Origin: Acidobacteriota bacterium
Lineage (GTDB): Bacteria; Acidobacteriota; UBA6911; RPQK01; JAJDTT01
NCBI GenBank assembly: GCA_965263035.1
Contig: OZ253580.1
Span: 4,192,001-4,256,000 of the forward strand
DNA: 64,000 nucleotides
Reading direction: 5' to 3'
Position 1 is the first letter of the stretch; the number at the start of each line of letters is the position of its first letter. Of the stretch, positions 1-10,323 are shown in pieces. The position numbers and the translations under genes are program-made. Under the pieces are notes generated by a model. That model saw nothing but the letters and a program-made list of their open reading frames with translations. It was not told where the DNA came from and did no database searches.

Positions 1-1
1 C

Positions 2-547
2 GGCAGCGCCAAACGGACGGGCGAGGGTCCGGAATCGCTGAAAGCCGAAATCGACGCCTTTATCGAGAAAATGAAGCCCCACGTGGCCGCCGCCGAGGAG
101 GCGGGCGTGACCATCGGTATCGAGAACCACGGCTCGGCGTTGATCCGGAGCCCCGATTCCATTCGCTATCTGGCCGAGAAGTCTCCCTCACCCCGTCTGG
201 GGATCGCTCTGGCGCCCTACCACCTGCCGCAGGACCCGGAGCTCATCGCCGGGCTCATCCGAGATCTGGGTCCGAAAATGGTCCATTTCTACGCCTGGCA
301 ACATGGCAAGGGCGCCATGAAGAAGCTGCCCAAGGCGGAAGAGATGGAGCAGTTGCCCGGCTACGGAAGTCTCGACTTCGTCCCCGTCGTCCGGGCCCTC
401 AAGGAGACCCGCTATCAGGGTTGGACCTCCATCTTCATGCACCCGGTCCCCCGGGGGATTCCCATCCTGCCGACCGCCCGGGAGGTCACGGACGCCGTGA
501 ACCGGTCCCGCCGCTACCTGGAGGAGTGCCTGCAGGTGGTCTCGTGA
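2..547 (+). CDS. Sugar phosphate isomerase/epimerase (xylose isomerase-like TIM barrel), 5'-partial
   Basis: Frame open from the window start; motifs GVTIGIENH, LAPYH, HFYAW and Y-x-G-W-x-SI are typical of AP_endonuc_2-fold proteins. Confidence 0.75.
   Translation, partial: GSAKRTGEGPESLKAEIDAFIEKMKPHVAAAEEAGVTIGIENHGSALIRSPDSIRYLAEKSPSPRLGIALAPYHLPQDPELIAGLIRDLGPKMVHFYAWQHGKGAMKKLPKAEEMEQLPGYGSLDFVPVVRALKETRYQGWTSIFMHPVPRGIPILPTAREVTDAVNRSRRYLEECLQVVS
489..547 (+). repeat. Direct repeat copy 1 (3' end of the isomerase gene)
   Basis: 40 bp exact match to 3129-3168, then ~19 bp imperfect match through the stop codon. Confidence 0.9.
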
Positions 548-670
548 CCCCGGCATCGGCGGCTGGGTGAATAGGTTTCTTGAGAGGATCTTTGCGATCC
601 TTTGTGCTCTCCGCATAGTGTGACCATTCAGGATTGCATTCCCTGGCACCCCACCGAAAGACAAAGCGTT

Positions 671-687
671 ATTACAATAGTTGTAAT
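671..687. promoter_or_regulatory. Palindromic operator upstream of AbrB/MazE antitoxin
   Basis: ATTACAA-TAG-TTGTAAT perfect inverted repeat ~20 bp upstream of ATG 709. Confidence 0.6.
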
Positions 688-708
688 GTTCTGAGGAAAG
701 GACGATCC

Positions 709-936
709 ATGGTTGAATTGAAGGTTCGTAAATTCGGCAACTCGCTCGGCGTCATCCTTCCCAAAGAGGTCATCAGCCGGCTGCGAACGTAAGACGGGGA
801 GCCTCTATTCCTGATCGAAGCTCCTGACGGCGGGTACCAACTGACACCTTACGATCCCGCGTTCAAAAGGAAACTGGCCAAAGCCGAAGATATCATTGGC
901 CGCTACCGGAACACGTTGCGCGTATTGGCCAAGTGA
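709..936 (+). pseudogene. AbrB/MazE-family antitoxin with internal stop codon
   Basis: Translates MVELKVRKFGNSLGVILPKEVISRLRT*DGEPLFLIEAPDGGYQLTPYDP...LAK; swapped-hairpin motif (RKFGNSLGVILPK); in-frame TAA at 790-792; no recognisable toxin follows. Confidence 0.8.
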
Positions 937-968
937 CGAATGGGAATCACCGGAGGGAAGAAACAGAA

Positions 969-2183
969 TCACGAAAACCGGGTGACATTCTCTCTGCCTG
1001 CGACCGCCCTGACTGCAGACTCGTCGAGTTCGACGCCCAGACCTGGACCGGCGGGCACGAGGTACTCGGCGCCGTCGACCTCGAGGGGCCGATCGAGATA
1101 GCGGTTGGCAACCGAGAAGACGGCCGGGTTGTACTCGGCGAGCCCGACATTGCTTGACGCAGCAGCGAATTGCAGGGCCGCGGCAATCTGGGGTCCCATG
1201 GCAATGCTGATGTGGGGGACGATCCGAGCGCTAGCGCCGATGTCCCGCGCCAGGCCGGCCGCTTCGGTGATGCCCCAACGGCCGAGGTCAGGCTGCAACC
1301 ACTGGACGCAGCCGCACGCCAGGAATGGAGCCAGCTCGTACCGCGAACGATAGCTCTCGCCCAATGCGATCGGCGTGCGGATTTCAGCCGCCAAATCGGC
1401 GTGGTCTGCCGGGGATTCCGGAGCAAGCGGGCATTCAAGCCACAGGGACCCGCGATCGTCAAGTTTTCTGCCAAAGCCGCCCGCCGAGGCCTCGTCAAGC
1501 CGCCAGAGAGCGTCCACCGCGAGGGAAGCCTCCGGCCCCAAGGCTGCGCGCAGGCGGTCGATGAGATCGAAGAGTTCTTCTTCCGTACGGTCGTAGAACA
1601 GCTTGAAGATTCGAAATCCTGCGTCCCAGGCCTCCCGGGCCCGCTCTACTCGATCCGCGTTCGTTGCGCCCGGGAGCCCCGAGAGGTAGCACGGAATCCT
1701 GCTCTTGGGGGCGGAAGATGACAGCAGGTCCGCGACCGAAGTCCCACGAGCCTTGCCGGCCAGGTCCCACAGGGCGATGTCGACTCCGGCTATCGCATCG
1801 AGCATGAAGCCGCCCGTCTGACCGCGAACGCGCATGGTCGAGTACATCCGATTTCGCAACGACCTCACCGTATCGGGAGAACCGTCGAAATCCTGGCCCT
1901 CGACCGCCGGGCGCAGCAATTGATCAATGATCAGGCACGCTATATCCGGAGCGAGCGGGGCCTGAGCCTCTCCCCATCCGGCCAGGCCTGACTCCAGTGT
2001 CACCTTGACCAGCGCGGCTTCGAAATTCACCGAATAGAGCGTGCTGTTCGTTTCCGACCAGCGGTAATCAAAACCACTGGCAGCCAGCTTGGCGGGCGTA
2101 CCCGCGGTTCCTGTCACCGCTGCGGCGTCACGCGGCAGCCTGATCGAAAACGCCTCGATTGAAGCGATTCGATCTACTGACAT
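969..2183 (-). CDS. Mandelate racemase/muconate lactonizing enzyme family (acid-sugar dehydratase-like)
   Basis: GWGE, AIAGVDIALWDLAGK, WLECP, TPIALGES, QPD and PGLGVELD motifs. Confidence 0.85.
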   Translation of the reverse strand: MSVDRIASIEAFSIRLPRDAAAVTGTAGTPAKLAASGFDYRWSETNSTLYSVNFEAALVKVTLESGLAGWGEAQAPLAPDIACLIIDQLLRPAVEGQDFDGSPDTVRSLRNRMYSTMRVRGQTGGFMLDAIAGVDIALWDLAGKARGTSVADLLSSSAPKSRIPCYLSGLPGATNADRVERAREAWDAGFRIFKLFYDRTEEELFDLIDRLRAALGPEASLAVDALWRLDEASAGGFGRKLDDRGSLWLECPLAPESPADHADLAAEIRTPIALGESYRSRYELAPFLACGCVQWLQPDLGRWGITEAAGLARDIGASARIVPHISIAMGPQIAAALQFAAASSNVGLAEYNPAVFSVANRYLDRPLEVDGAEYLVPAGPGLGVELDESAVRAVAGRENVTRFS

Positions 2184-3085
2184 GGCGGACTGTTCGTCCC
2201 CACCAATGATCGCAGAGCATCAAGCTCCCTCAACCCGCATTCATCAAGCGAGCGGGTTGGATGGCGGACCGTGGCGTTCTCGATAACTCCCGCATGTACG
2301 AGATTGTGTTTCATTGCCGAAACGCCCAGTCCGGGCTGCAATTCATACCGGATCAGGGGCAGCGCCCGCTGGAACGCGCTCCATGCCGAATCGAACTCGC
2401 CGCTCTCAAGCGCGCTCCAGATCGAGCAGTAGACCGAAACCAGGTCGCTGCCCGGCATGATTCCCCGGGATCCCCGCTGCCACTCCTCGATCATGAACTG
2501 CCCGTTCAGTCCTCCGAACAGTTTCAACATGTCGCCGGCCGCTTCGAGTGTCGTGGTGATCTTGGGGGCGGTCGGCGGAGCCTCGATCTTCGCGTACTCC
2601 ACATGCTCGATTTCACGGGCCATGCGTGCGAGCACCGCCGGAGGCATAGCTACCTGCGTGAGCAGGGGCGCATCCTGCACCATGATCGGAATCCCAACCG
2701 CATCGCTGATCGCGGAATAGAAGAACATCAGGCCGTCCGCATCAGGGCGCAAGTAGTACGGCGGCAAGACCATCAAGCCTGCCGCACCGAGGCCCTCCGC
2801 TTCTTTGCAGGCTTCGACGGCGGCTTCCGTACCGGTGGTGCCAACGCCGGCGATCACCGGGATCCTGCCGTCCAAATGACGCACGATCGCATCGAGCAAC
2901 TGGCGCTTCTCTGAAGGCAGGAGAGTGTAGCCCTCCCCGGCGTTGCCGAAGGCGCCGAAGCCGCCCAGGGCTCTGTGCGCGTACAGATGGTCAACGACCC
3001 GCAGCAGGCCGGCCACGTCGACCTTGCCGTCGTCCTTGAACGGCGTTACCAGGATGGGAATTACTCCTTGGAAAGCGTTTTGCAT
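2174..3085 (-). CDS. DHDPS/NAL-family aldolase/dehydratase
   Basis: GVIPILVTPF, GNAGEGYTL, PVIAGV, LPPYY and Schiff-base AKIE motifs. Confidence 0.85.
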   Translation of the reverse strand: MQNAFQGVIPILVTPFKDDGKVDVAGLLRVVDHLYAHRALGGFGAFGNAGEGYTLLPSEKRQLLDAIVRHLDGRIPVIAGVGTTGTEAAVEACKEAEGLGAAGLMVLPPYYLRPDADGLMFFYSAISDAVGIPIMVQDAPLLTQVAMPPAVLARMAREIEHVEYAKIEAPPTAPKITTTLEAAGDMLKLFGGLNGQFMIEEWQRGSRGIMPGSDLVSVYCSIWSALESGEFDSAWSAFQRALPLIRYELQPGLGVSAMKHNLVHAGVIENATVRHPTRSLDECGLRELDALRSLVGTNSPPCQ

Positions 3086-3128
3086 CTTTATCGTCTTCTT
3101 ACCTGAAAAAACAGACTGTCCCTTTCCG

Positions 3129-3187
3129 CGGACGCCGTGAACCGGTCCCGCCGCTACCTGGAGGAGTGTCTCAAGGCGGTCTCGTAA
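3129..3187 (+). repeat. Direct repeat copy 2 (orphan duplicate of isomerase 3' end)
   Basis: CGGACGCCGTGAACCGGTCCCGCCGCTACCTGGAGGAGTG identical to 489-528; ends CTCGTAA versus CTCGTGA. Confidence 0.9.
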
Positions 3188-3760
3188 ACGGAAATCCGCT
3201 AGGAGGGCGGCCGAGGATGGGCCGCGTGTGTTGGACCTTTCGGTCCCAGGGGCAGTTGACTGGCCCTGGGGACTCCGGGTTGAAGGCCACCAGTGGATTC
3301 CATCCCGACGGCTGGGGATCAGCCTCCACGAATCGGTAATCTATTTCCCGAGAAGACCTCAAATAGTTCGATCTGGTCTGGCGCCGGTGGATCACTGGGG
3401 CTCCAGGTCGTCGATCCAAACGCTCATCGATGAGATCCGGAAGCGAGGTAAAGACCCTTCGACTTGGAAAACGTGGCCGAGATCCCTTTAACTCGAAAAA
3501 TCGAGCGCCGTAGTCGGCCTGTGTTGGCCTGAAAGGCCGGCACTAAGTAGAGTATAGGCCCCTGGGCGTTGTCCATGTCCACAGGGTCGGCGACTTTTCC
3601 ACGGTCAAACACCCTGACTTCTCTTTCACGACGTTAAGAGCAAGACGTTAGTTACAAGAAGTAACCCCGGGCCAGATGTGGAAGCGGATGGGCTATGGTG
3701 GCCGCGTGGTGGAACTCATGAAAGGGTACCGACCCGATTCGTGCAGAAATACACGCTGAG

Positions 3761-3857
3761 GGCTTGGCTTGAGCCCTCGGGTGCTCATGAAGCTATGGAG
3801 AGTGGCACGGGACACGCCCGTGCTTCTGGCGATGTCGGTTTTGGACACGCCCAGCTC
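3761..3857 (-). pseudogene. Fragment: C-terminal HTH of a resolvase/invertase
   Basis: ELGVSKTDIARSTGVSRATLHSFMSTRGLKPS resembles the HTH tail of small serine recombinases; no catalytic domain present. Confidence 0.55.
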
Positions 3858-4191
3858 GTTGGTTCGCGGGAACGCCATTGTCTCGATGCGGTCCGTCTCG
3901 GGCCGGACGCCTCCGGCCGGCGGTAACCGCGATGACCACGCCGCCAGGCGGCGAATCACCCTGTGCCCTCTGAATGACCTTGCGCCGTTGGTCTTCTCCG
4001 CCGCCCGCTCGTGGCGGGTGGACTACGGAGCCGATGCTCACCGCGGCGGCGAATCCCGTTGGTCGTTTTCTCGCGGTCGGCGGGGCAACGGATCGCCCAA
4101 TGGCGGAAGCTGGGCATCGTCTCTCCGGACTGGTAGCGCCTGATGACCCAACGGCCGTGCCGCTTGCCGTCCACAACCGAACAGGCTGCAT

Positions 4192-4251
4192 CGCGGCGCC
4201 GGCCGCCCCGCTGCCGTATGCGCGGCGCCCAGCGCCTCCCGCAGTTCCAGC
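4192..4251 (-). repeat. 60-bp duplicate of 5123-5182 (C-terminal [16 protein letters not shown] segment of the large LRR protein)
   Basis: 58/60 identity by eye. Confidence 0.85.
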
Positions 4252-4320
4252 GATAGCTGTTGCCCCGGATGTTGACGACGTGGTAGTGGTGCACCAACCG
4301 GTCGATGCGCGCCGCCGCCG
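4250..4320 (-). pseudogene. Fragment: IS21-family IstB C-terminus
   Basis: AAARIDRLVHHYHVVNIRGNSYR matches the IstB DRLxHH...I.G.SYR motif. Confidence 0.7.
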
Positions 4321-4324
4321 GAGT

Positions 4325-4978
4325 TCAGCGGGGCGCCGGAGGCCCGGCGGCGGCGGGTTCGAATCGGCGGCGGTCTTCTTCCTCCGGCCGCCGGCGGGGA
4401 ATCGGCTCGCCGAGGGGCGGCAACTGCGCGGGATCGATCTGGCTCACGGCGTGCAGCCCGCCGCCCACCGAGCGGATGCGGTAGGTCGCCTCCGGCGTCC
4501 GCACCGTGCCCGCGACCACGTCGCCGTTTACCACCAGAGTTACCGTGCCCATCTCGACCCCGACCAGCTGGCCCGACAGCGAATAGCCGCCCGAGAAGGT
4601 CGGCGCGGTTCGCTCCACGAGCCCTGTAAACGAGGCATCGTCGAACAGGTTCAGCCTGAGCACGCCCGACGGTCCGGCTGCGACGCCCGCCGTGGCCGCG
4701 TTCACCGCCGGCGTGAGCTGCCCGAAGTCGATGGACACCAGACGCCGCCGCAACGTCAGGGCATCGGGAGACGTCTGCGAACCGGGACCGGCAAACACTG
4801 CCGCCGGCTCTACCACAAGGAAGAGGCCGCCGGGCTGCCCCGCCGCCTCGCCGGCAGCCAACGCCGCCAGCAGCACCCCCGCGAGCGCCGCAAACCAGTG
4901 CCGGCGGCCGAACGCCAACCTGCGCCCGCCGCGCAGCGCCTCCGAATGCAACCGTAGAACGTATTCCATGGGGTTCAT
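4325..4978 (-). CDS. Secreted protein resembling the N-terminal (pro-)domain of bacterial reprolysin/M12-like metallopeptidases
   Basis: Hydrophobic signal segment followed by RRRLVSIDF..LRLNLFDD..SLSGQL..VTLVVNGDVVAGTVRT..YRIR; no HExxH. Alternative start at 5035 overlaps the upstream stop. Confidence 0.6.
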   Translation of the reverse strand: MNPMEYVLRLHSEALRGGRRLAFGRRHWFAALAGVLLAALAAGEAAGQPGGLFLVVEPAAVFAGPGSQTSPDALTLRRRLVSIDFGQLTPAVNAATAGVAAGPSGVLRLNLFDDASFTGLVERTAPTFSGGYSLSGQLVGVEMGTVTLVVNGDVVAGTVRTPEATYRIRSVGGGLHAVSQIDPAQLPPLGEPIPRRRPEEEDRRRFEPAAAGPPAPR

Positions 4979-5031
4979 CTCAGTCGGTCCTTCCTGCAGG
5001 CGGGCGCCAGCCCGGCCGCGCCCGAGCCGCC

Positions 5032-8000
5032 TCATTCCAGTGCCGCCACCGCGGCGCGCAGTTCCGTCAGGTGCGCCGCCCGGATCGGGGTCGTCCCCGC
5101 CGTCGGCGACGCGTCAGTCCAGCGCGGCGCCGCCCGCCCCGCTGCCGTATACGCGGCGCCCAGCGCCTCCCGCAGTTCCAGCAGATGCACGAGCCTGACC
5201 GGCGTCACTCCAGCCATGATCGAGTCGTCGGTGAAACCCCCGGTCACCGTCACCACCACCGTCACCGTGAACGCCTGCGTGGCGCTCAGGCCGCCGGGGT
5301 CGGTCGCCGTCACCTCGATCCTCGCCCTGCCGACACCCACCGCCGTCAGCGTCACGCGGGCGCCCGCCGCCAGCACCGTCACCACGTCGGGCGCCGCCGC
5401 CGACACCGCGTAGGCCAGCCGGTCGCCGTCGGGGTCGACGAACGCCTGCGACACGTCCAGCGTGCCGGGCAGGGTCAGCGCCCGGTCCGGCAGGGTCCCC
5501 GCCGCCGCCGGCGGACGGTTGGCGCCGGCCGGGCGGTCCCGCCACAGCGCCACCGCGGGGCCCGTGGTGTTGAGCACGGCCGCCGCGTCGGCCGGACCGG
5601 TCACGCTCGATCCTTCGCCGTAGGCAACGCCCAGCGGGTCGCCGTTGTAGCTCTGGCGGGGATTCGAGAAACGGGGCAGCCGCGAGCAGCTGGTGTGGGC
5701 GTCCTCGCACTGATTCTCGTAGGCCATTATCGTGCGCCAGCGACTGGACAGCGCGGCCCCCGCCGCAAAAGCGCGCTGGTTCACGTAGCCGTGCGCTGGA
5801 TGCGGCGACACCCCGCCTTCGTTGTGGTGCACCTGGTAACGGTCGTGCGAGAGTCCCATGTTGTGCCCCACCTCATGCGCTAAGACCGCGCCCCCGCAAG
5901 ACTGGCAAGTGAGGCCGAAAGGACCGCCGGCGAGGCCGCCAACGTCACCCTTCTCGAACAGCAGATGCACGAGGTCGGCCCCGGTCCTGTCCCGCAACGT
6001 GTGTACCCCGTCCATATGGCCGTCCGACGGATTCGCGAGACGGTTGATATCCAGGAAGGAGTCGCCCGTCTCGGTGTACTGCACCTGGGACCGTTCGACC
6101 AGCACCAGGCGGTGCTGCACACCGCTCTCCTCAAAGGCCTGGTTGGTCTCGGCGATCATCAGGTCGATCACTGTCTCGATCGCGGCGGTCCCGCCCGCCG
6201 CCGCGCGCGCGGCCGGTGTATAGAAGATGGCGATGTCGATCGTGACATCGGTTCCGACCTCGCATAGCCGCCCCGTGAACTCGATCGTCGCCAACCACTC
6301 CTGCCAAGCAGCAGGCGCGCACGTCCGGGTTACGAAGATGTCCAGCGTCTCGAGAGGTGCGGTCTCCAGACCGGACGGAAGCGGTCCCGAGAGACCCCAG
6401 TTGTAGGACAGGCCAAGCCTCTCGAGATTCACCAGGTTCCCCAGCTCGTCCGGAATCGACCCCGTCAAGTCGTTCCCGCTGAGGTCCAGCCACTCGAGGT
6501 TGACCAGGCGTCCCAATTCGCTCGGGATGGGGCCCGTCAACGCGTTCTCAATGAGGTCCAGCGACTCAAGGTTGACCAGGCTTCCCAGCTCGTCCGGGAT
6601 CGGGCCGGTCACCGCGTTCCCACCGAGGTCCAGGGACACGAGATTCGCAAGGCTTCCCAATTCGTCCGGGATCGGGCCGGTCAGCTCGTTCCCGCCGAGG
6701 AACAGCCACCGGAGGCGGCCCAGGTTCCCCAACCACGCCGGGATCGGGCCGGTCACCGCGTTCCCACCGAGGTCCAGCCACCGGAGGCCGGTCAGGTTCC
6801 CCAACCACGCCGGGATCGGGCCCGTCAACGCGTTGCCCCAGAGGCTCAGCGACCCGAGGTTGACCAGGCTTCCCAGCTCGTCCGGGATCGGGCCGGTCAC
6901 CGCGTTCCCACCGAGGTCCAGGTACTCGAGATTCGCAAGGCTTCCCAATTCGCTCGGGATGGGGCCGGTCAGCTCGTTCCTGCCGAGGTGCAGCCACCGG
7001 AGGCCGGTCAGGTTCCCCAACCACGCCGGGATCGGGCCCGTCAACGCGTTTTCGCGGAGCACCAGTTCCGTGACCCGGCCGGCAGGGTCGGTCGTCACCC
7101 CATGCCACTCGCCTAGCGGGGCCGACGTCTTCCAGTTCGTGCGGTTCGTCCAGCTCGCGCCGCCGGTGGAGTCGTAGAACACCTCCAGCACCTCGCGGTC
7201 GCTCTGGGGGCCGGCCGACGCGGCGGTCGTCACCGTCATCGCCTGGGTGGCGTTCAGGCCGTCTGGATCCTGCGCCGTCACCGTCACCCTAGCCGTCCCG
7301 GCTGCCCCGGGCACCAGCCAGACGGTGTCGCCGGATGCGAAAGCCGTGACCGCGCCCTCGTTGCTGGACGCGGCCGCGTAGGTCAACCGATCGTCGTCCG
7401 GGTCGCTGAAGTAGGCTTCCATGGACACGCCGAGGGCCGGCCCCGACTCGGTCAGCACCTGGGGCGGGACCGTGTCGACCGGTTCGGGTGGGCGGTTGCA
7501 CGATTCGCCACGGAAGTCGATGGTCGCCAGCCACTCCTGAAACGCTACATCGGCGGGCGCACACGCCGCCGTGTTGCTGATGTCCAACCGCATGAGCTGC
7601 GACAACTGGGTCAGGCTTTGGGGGAGGCTTCCCGTCAGAGGATTGAACTGGAGGTGCAGCGACTCGAGGTTGACCAGGCGTCCCAATTCGCTCGGGATGG
7701 GACCCGTAAGTTGGTTTCTTCCGAGCCACAGTAAAGTCAGGTTGGAGAGGCTGCCAAGTTCCGGAGGAATCGGGCCCGAAAAGTCGTTGCCGTAAAGATT
7801 CAGGTTCGTCAGCTTGGCCAAGCCGCCAAGTTCCGACGGGATCGGGCCGGACAAATCGTTCGCATTGAAGTCCAGCGTCGTCAGGTTGGCGAGCTTGCCG
7901 AGTTCGGGTGGGATGGAACCCGTGAGGTAGTTGTCGAAAAATTGCACGTACTCCAAGCTGGTCAAGTACGCGAGTTCCGGCGGGATCGGCCCGGAAACGT

Positions 8001-10068
8001 TATTGTTGATCCACTGTTCCCCATCCGAGTAGGACATCGCCAAGCTGACAACACGTCCCTCTTGATTCGTCGTCACGCCGAACCACTCTCCCAGTGGCGC
8101 GTCGGTCAGCCAGTTCTCGTTGTTGGCCCAGTTCGGCCCGTCGGTCGCTTCGTACAGCGCCACGAGCGCCTGCCGCTCCGAAACGGCCACCGTCACCGTC
8201 ACCGATTCCGTCGCCGTCTGCCCGTCCGCACCCCGCACGGTGATCCGGTACGCCGTCGTTCGCGCCGGCGACACCCGCCGCGTCCCCGAGGTCGGCACCT
8301 CGCCGATCCCCGGCGTGATCTCCGCGCTCTCCGCATTCGTTGACGACCACCTCAGCGTCGTGCTCTGCCCCCGGTCGATCGAACTCGGCGACACCGACAG
8401 GGTCACCGATGGCGGGGGCGCCTGGCCCCCACCGTCGATCCCAACCCCGCCCTCGATCTCCACTCCACCGTCGATCCTGACCCCGTCCACGATCCGGATC
8501 AACGGAACCGCCGAGAGCGCCCCCGTCCCCTTGCCGAACCGCAGCCCCAGTGGAGCGAACCCCGATCCGTCCTCCGTCCGCAGCAACAGAAGTCCCCGGA
8601 AGTCCGTCAGGAACTCCGTCTCCACCCCGTCCACGTCGAACCATTCCGAAAGCGTGCGTGCCGACTGCCGGAAATCTCTCCAGGGGATGAACACGTCCTC
8701 CAACGGGTCGCGCCCCGATTCGTCCCGCAGCCGCAACTCGATCCGGGAATCCGGATCCGGCTTGAACACGGCCAACCCGGTCCCCACTTCGCCGGATTCC
8801 TCCACGAACAGGGCGAAATGATTGCCCCGCTCGACCGGCGCCACCCCCACTTCCACGCCGGTTCCGGAGTGTCCGTAGAGCAACGATCCACTCACCCGCG
8901 GCGTCCCGGTCCGCACCTGGATCCAGCCCCGCCGAATCTCCCCCGCTCCGGCGCTTCTCAGGACTCGACTCCCCAGCGATGGGATCTCGAACGCGGCTTC
9001 CGAGTCGAACAGGTCCGGAACCGGCCGGCCTTCCTGATCATGGGAGGTCACCACGACCTCCGCCGCGGCGTTCGGATCGACGTTGCTGAGCGCCAACTGC
9101 ACCGACCAGCCGCCTCCCTCTACGTAGTCCGGGAAGAGCAGCGTCCTCTCCCCCGCTTCCTGGGTCCGCTCCCGGATCAACGGCACCGCCGACAGTGCTC
9201 CCGTCCCCTTCCCGAATCGCAGCCCCAGCGGAGCGAACTCCGATTCGTCCTTCGTCCGCAAGAGCAGAAGACCTCGAAAGTCCCGCAGGAATCCTCGGTC
9301 CATCCCGTCCACGTTGAACCATTCTGAAAGCGTGCGCGCCGATTGGTGAAAATCCTCCTCGGGGATGAACGGCCCATCCAACGGGTCGCGTCCCGATTCG
9401 TCCCGAATTCGCAACTCGATCCGGGAATCCGGATCCGGCTTGAACACGGCCAGCCCCGCGCCCACCTCGACGGTTTCCTCCACGTACAGGGCGAACCGGT
9501 CACCCAGCTCGACCGGCGCCACCCCCACCTCCACCCCGCTTTCCGAGTTCCGGTAGGTCAACAGTCCGCTCACGGCGGACGGGCGGGTCCGGACCTCGAT
9601 CCAACCCCGCCGCACTTGTCCCGTTCCGGCACTGCTCAGGACCCGGCTGCCCAGGGGTAGGATCTCAAATGCGGTCTCGGAACCGAACAATTCGGGGACC
9701 GGTTGGCCGTCCTGGTCATAGGCGGTGACGACGACGGACGCCCCTGCCCGGCGGGCCACGTTGCTGAGCACCAACTGCACCGACCATCCGCCCCCATCCA
9801 CGTAATCCGGGAAGTAGAGAATCTTCTCCTCTGTCACGAGTGTTGCCACACCACTTGAGAGCACGCCGATCCCGACGCCCGTGCCGTCGACACCGCGACT
9901 CCGGCGCAGCGCTGCGGCTTGCCGGTCGGCCCGCTTCTGTATTCCACCTCCAGCGGCGACCGCCGGCTGCTCGGCCCGGATCGGCTCGATCAACAGAGAG
10001 ATCGCCGCCAACACCCCGAATACACCAAGGGCCCATGACGGGTTTCCTGACCAGCGTGGCTGCCTCAT
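5032..10068 (-). CDS. Large secreted multidomain protein: duplicated N-terminal domain, Ig-like domains, two plant-type LRR blocks and a reprolysin-like Zn metallopeptidase
   Basis: Signal peptide; 24-aa LRRs LxxLxLxxNxLTGPIPxELGxL with N-caps; [11 protein letters not shown] metzincin motif and TIMAY Met-turn; FSDPDDD/ATDPGGL cadherin-like repeats. Confidence 0.85.
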   Translation of the reverse strand: MRQPRWSGNPSWALGVFGVLAAISLLIEPIRAEQPAVAAGGGIQKRADRQAAALRRSRGVDGTGVGIGVLSSGVATLVTEEKILYFPDYVDGGGWSVQLVLSNVARRAGASVVVTAYDQDGQPVPELFGSETAFEILPLGSRVLSSAGTGQVRRGWIEVRTRPSAVSGLLTYRNSESGVEVGVAPVELGDRFALYVEETVEVGAGLAVFKPDPDSRIELRIRDESGRDPLDGPFIPEEDFHQSARTLSEWFNVDGMDRGFLRDFRGLLLLRTKDESEFAPLGLRFGKGTGALSAVPLIRERTQEAGERTLLFPDYVEGGGWSVQLALSNVDPNAAAEVVVTSHDQEGRPVPDLFDSEAAFEIPSLGSRVLRSAGAGEIRRGWIQVRTGTPRVSGSLLYGHSGTGVEVGVAPVERGNHFALFVEESGEVGTGLAVFKPDPDSRIELRLRDESGRDPLEDVFIPWRDFRQSARTLSEWFDVDGVETEFLTDFRGLLLLRTEDGSGFAPLGLRFGKGTGALSAVPLIRIVDGVRIDGGVEIEGGVGIDGGGQAPPPSVTLSVSPSSIDRGQSTTLRWSSTNAESAEITPGIGEVPTSGTRRVSPARTTAYRITVRGADGQTATESVTVTVAVSERQALVALYEATDGPNWANNENWLTDAPLGEWFGVTTNQEGRVVSLAMSYSDGEQWINNNVSGPIPPELAYLTSLEYVQFFDNYLTGSIPPELGKLANLTTLDFNANDLSGPIPSELGGLAKLTNLNLYGNDFSGPIPPELGSLSNLTLLWLGRNQLTGPIPSELGRLVNLESLHLQFNPLTGSLPQSLTQLSQLMRLDISNTAACAPADVAFQEWLATIDFRGESCNRPPEPVDTVPPQVLTESGPALGVSMEAYFSDPDDDRLTYAAASSNEGAVTAFASGDTVWLVPGAAGTARVTVTAQDPDGLNATQAMTVTTAASAGPQSDREVLEVFYDSTGGASWTNRTNWKTSAPLGEWHGVTTDPAGRVTELVLRENALTGPIPAWLGNLTGLRWLHLGRNELTGPIPSELGSLANLEYLDLGGNAVTGPIPDELGSLVNLGSLSLWGNALTGPIPAWLGNLTGLRWLDLGGNAVTGPIPAWLGNLGRLRWLFLGGNELTGPIPDELGSLANLVSLDLGGNAVTGPIPDELGSLVNLESLDLIENALTGPIPSELGRLVNLEWLDLSGNDLTGSIPDELGNLVNLERLGLSYNWGLSGPLPSGLETAPLETLDIFVTRTCAPAAWQEWLATIEFTGRLCEVGTDVTIDIAIFYTPAARAAAGGTAAIETVIDLMIAETNQAFEESGVQHRLVLVERSQVQYTETGDSFLDINRLANPSDGHMDGVHTLRDRTGADLVHLLFEKGDVGGLAGGPFGLTCQSCGGAVLAHEVGHNMGLSHDRYQVHHNEGGVSPHPAHGYVNQRAFAAGAALSSRWRTIMAYENQCEDAHTSCSRLPRFSNPRQSYNGDPLGVAYGEGSSVTGPADAAAVLNTTGPAVALWRDRPAGANRPPAAAGTLPDRALTLPGTLDVSQAFVDPDGDRLAYAVSAAAPDVVTVLAAGARVTLTAVGVGRARIEVTATDPGGLSATQAFTVTVVVTVTGGFTDDSIMAGVTPVRLVHLLELREALGAAYTAAGRAAPRWTDASPTAGTTPIRAAHLTELRAAVAALE
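6400..7065 (-). repeat. Tandem 72-bp LRR-coding repeat array
   Basis: About nine near-identical 72-nt units (GGGATCGGGCCGGTCA... recurring at 72-nt spacing). Confidence 0.85.
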
Positions 10069-10323
10069 AATCCTGGGGTGAGCAAGAATCGGTGTCCTTA
10101 CGGGGACTTCGATAAAGAGCGAGAAGGGATGGTCGCTCTCATCCGTCTATCTTTAGACTCCTGCCAGGCAGGGTGCTCCGAGCTAATGTGCGCTGTTTCT
10201 CGACATGATGAGTTCCGTGCAATAGACAATGTGTCAATTCTAAGGAGCAACCCGGACGAATTTGGAACCAATTCGTGAAGTCCGAGTGATATTTCAGTTG
10301 ATATAGTGATTCTTCAGTGAAAT

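Noticed and set aside
790-792. Stop-codon recoding in the antitoxin
   Set aside because: Single TAA, no recoding signal seen, and other genes use standard stops
3228-3491. 87-aa ORF as a real gene
   Set aside because: No RBS or recognisable family; at best a gene fragment
3595-3670. Possible Tn3-like terminal repeat near the resolvase fragment
   Set aside because: Only partial resemblance (ACGTTAAG, CCCC) and no partner repeat found
6400-7065. Periodic repeats as a possible CRISPR array
   Set aside because: The period is 72 nt, the units are in frame and encode LRRs; no unique spacers or cas genes
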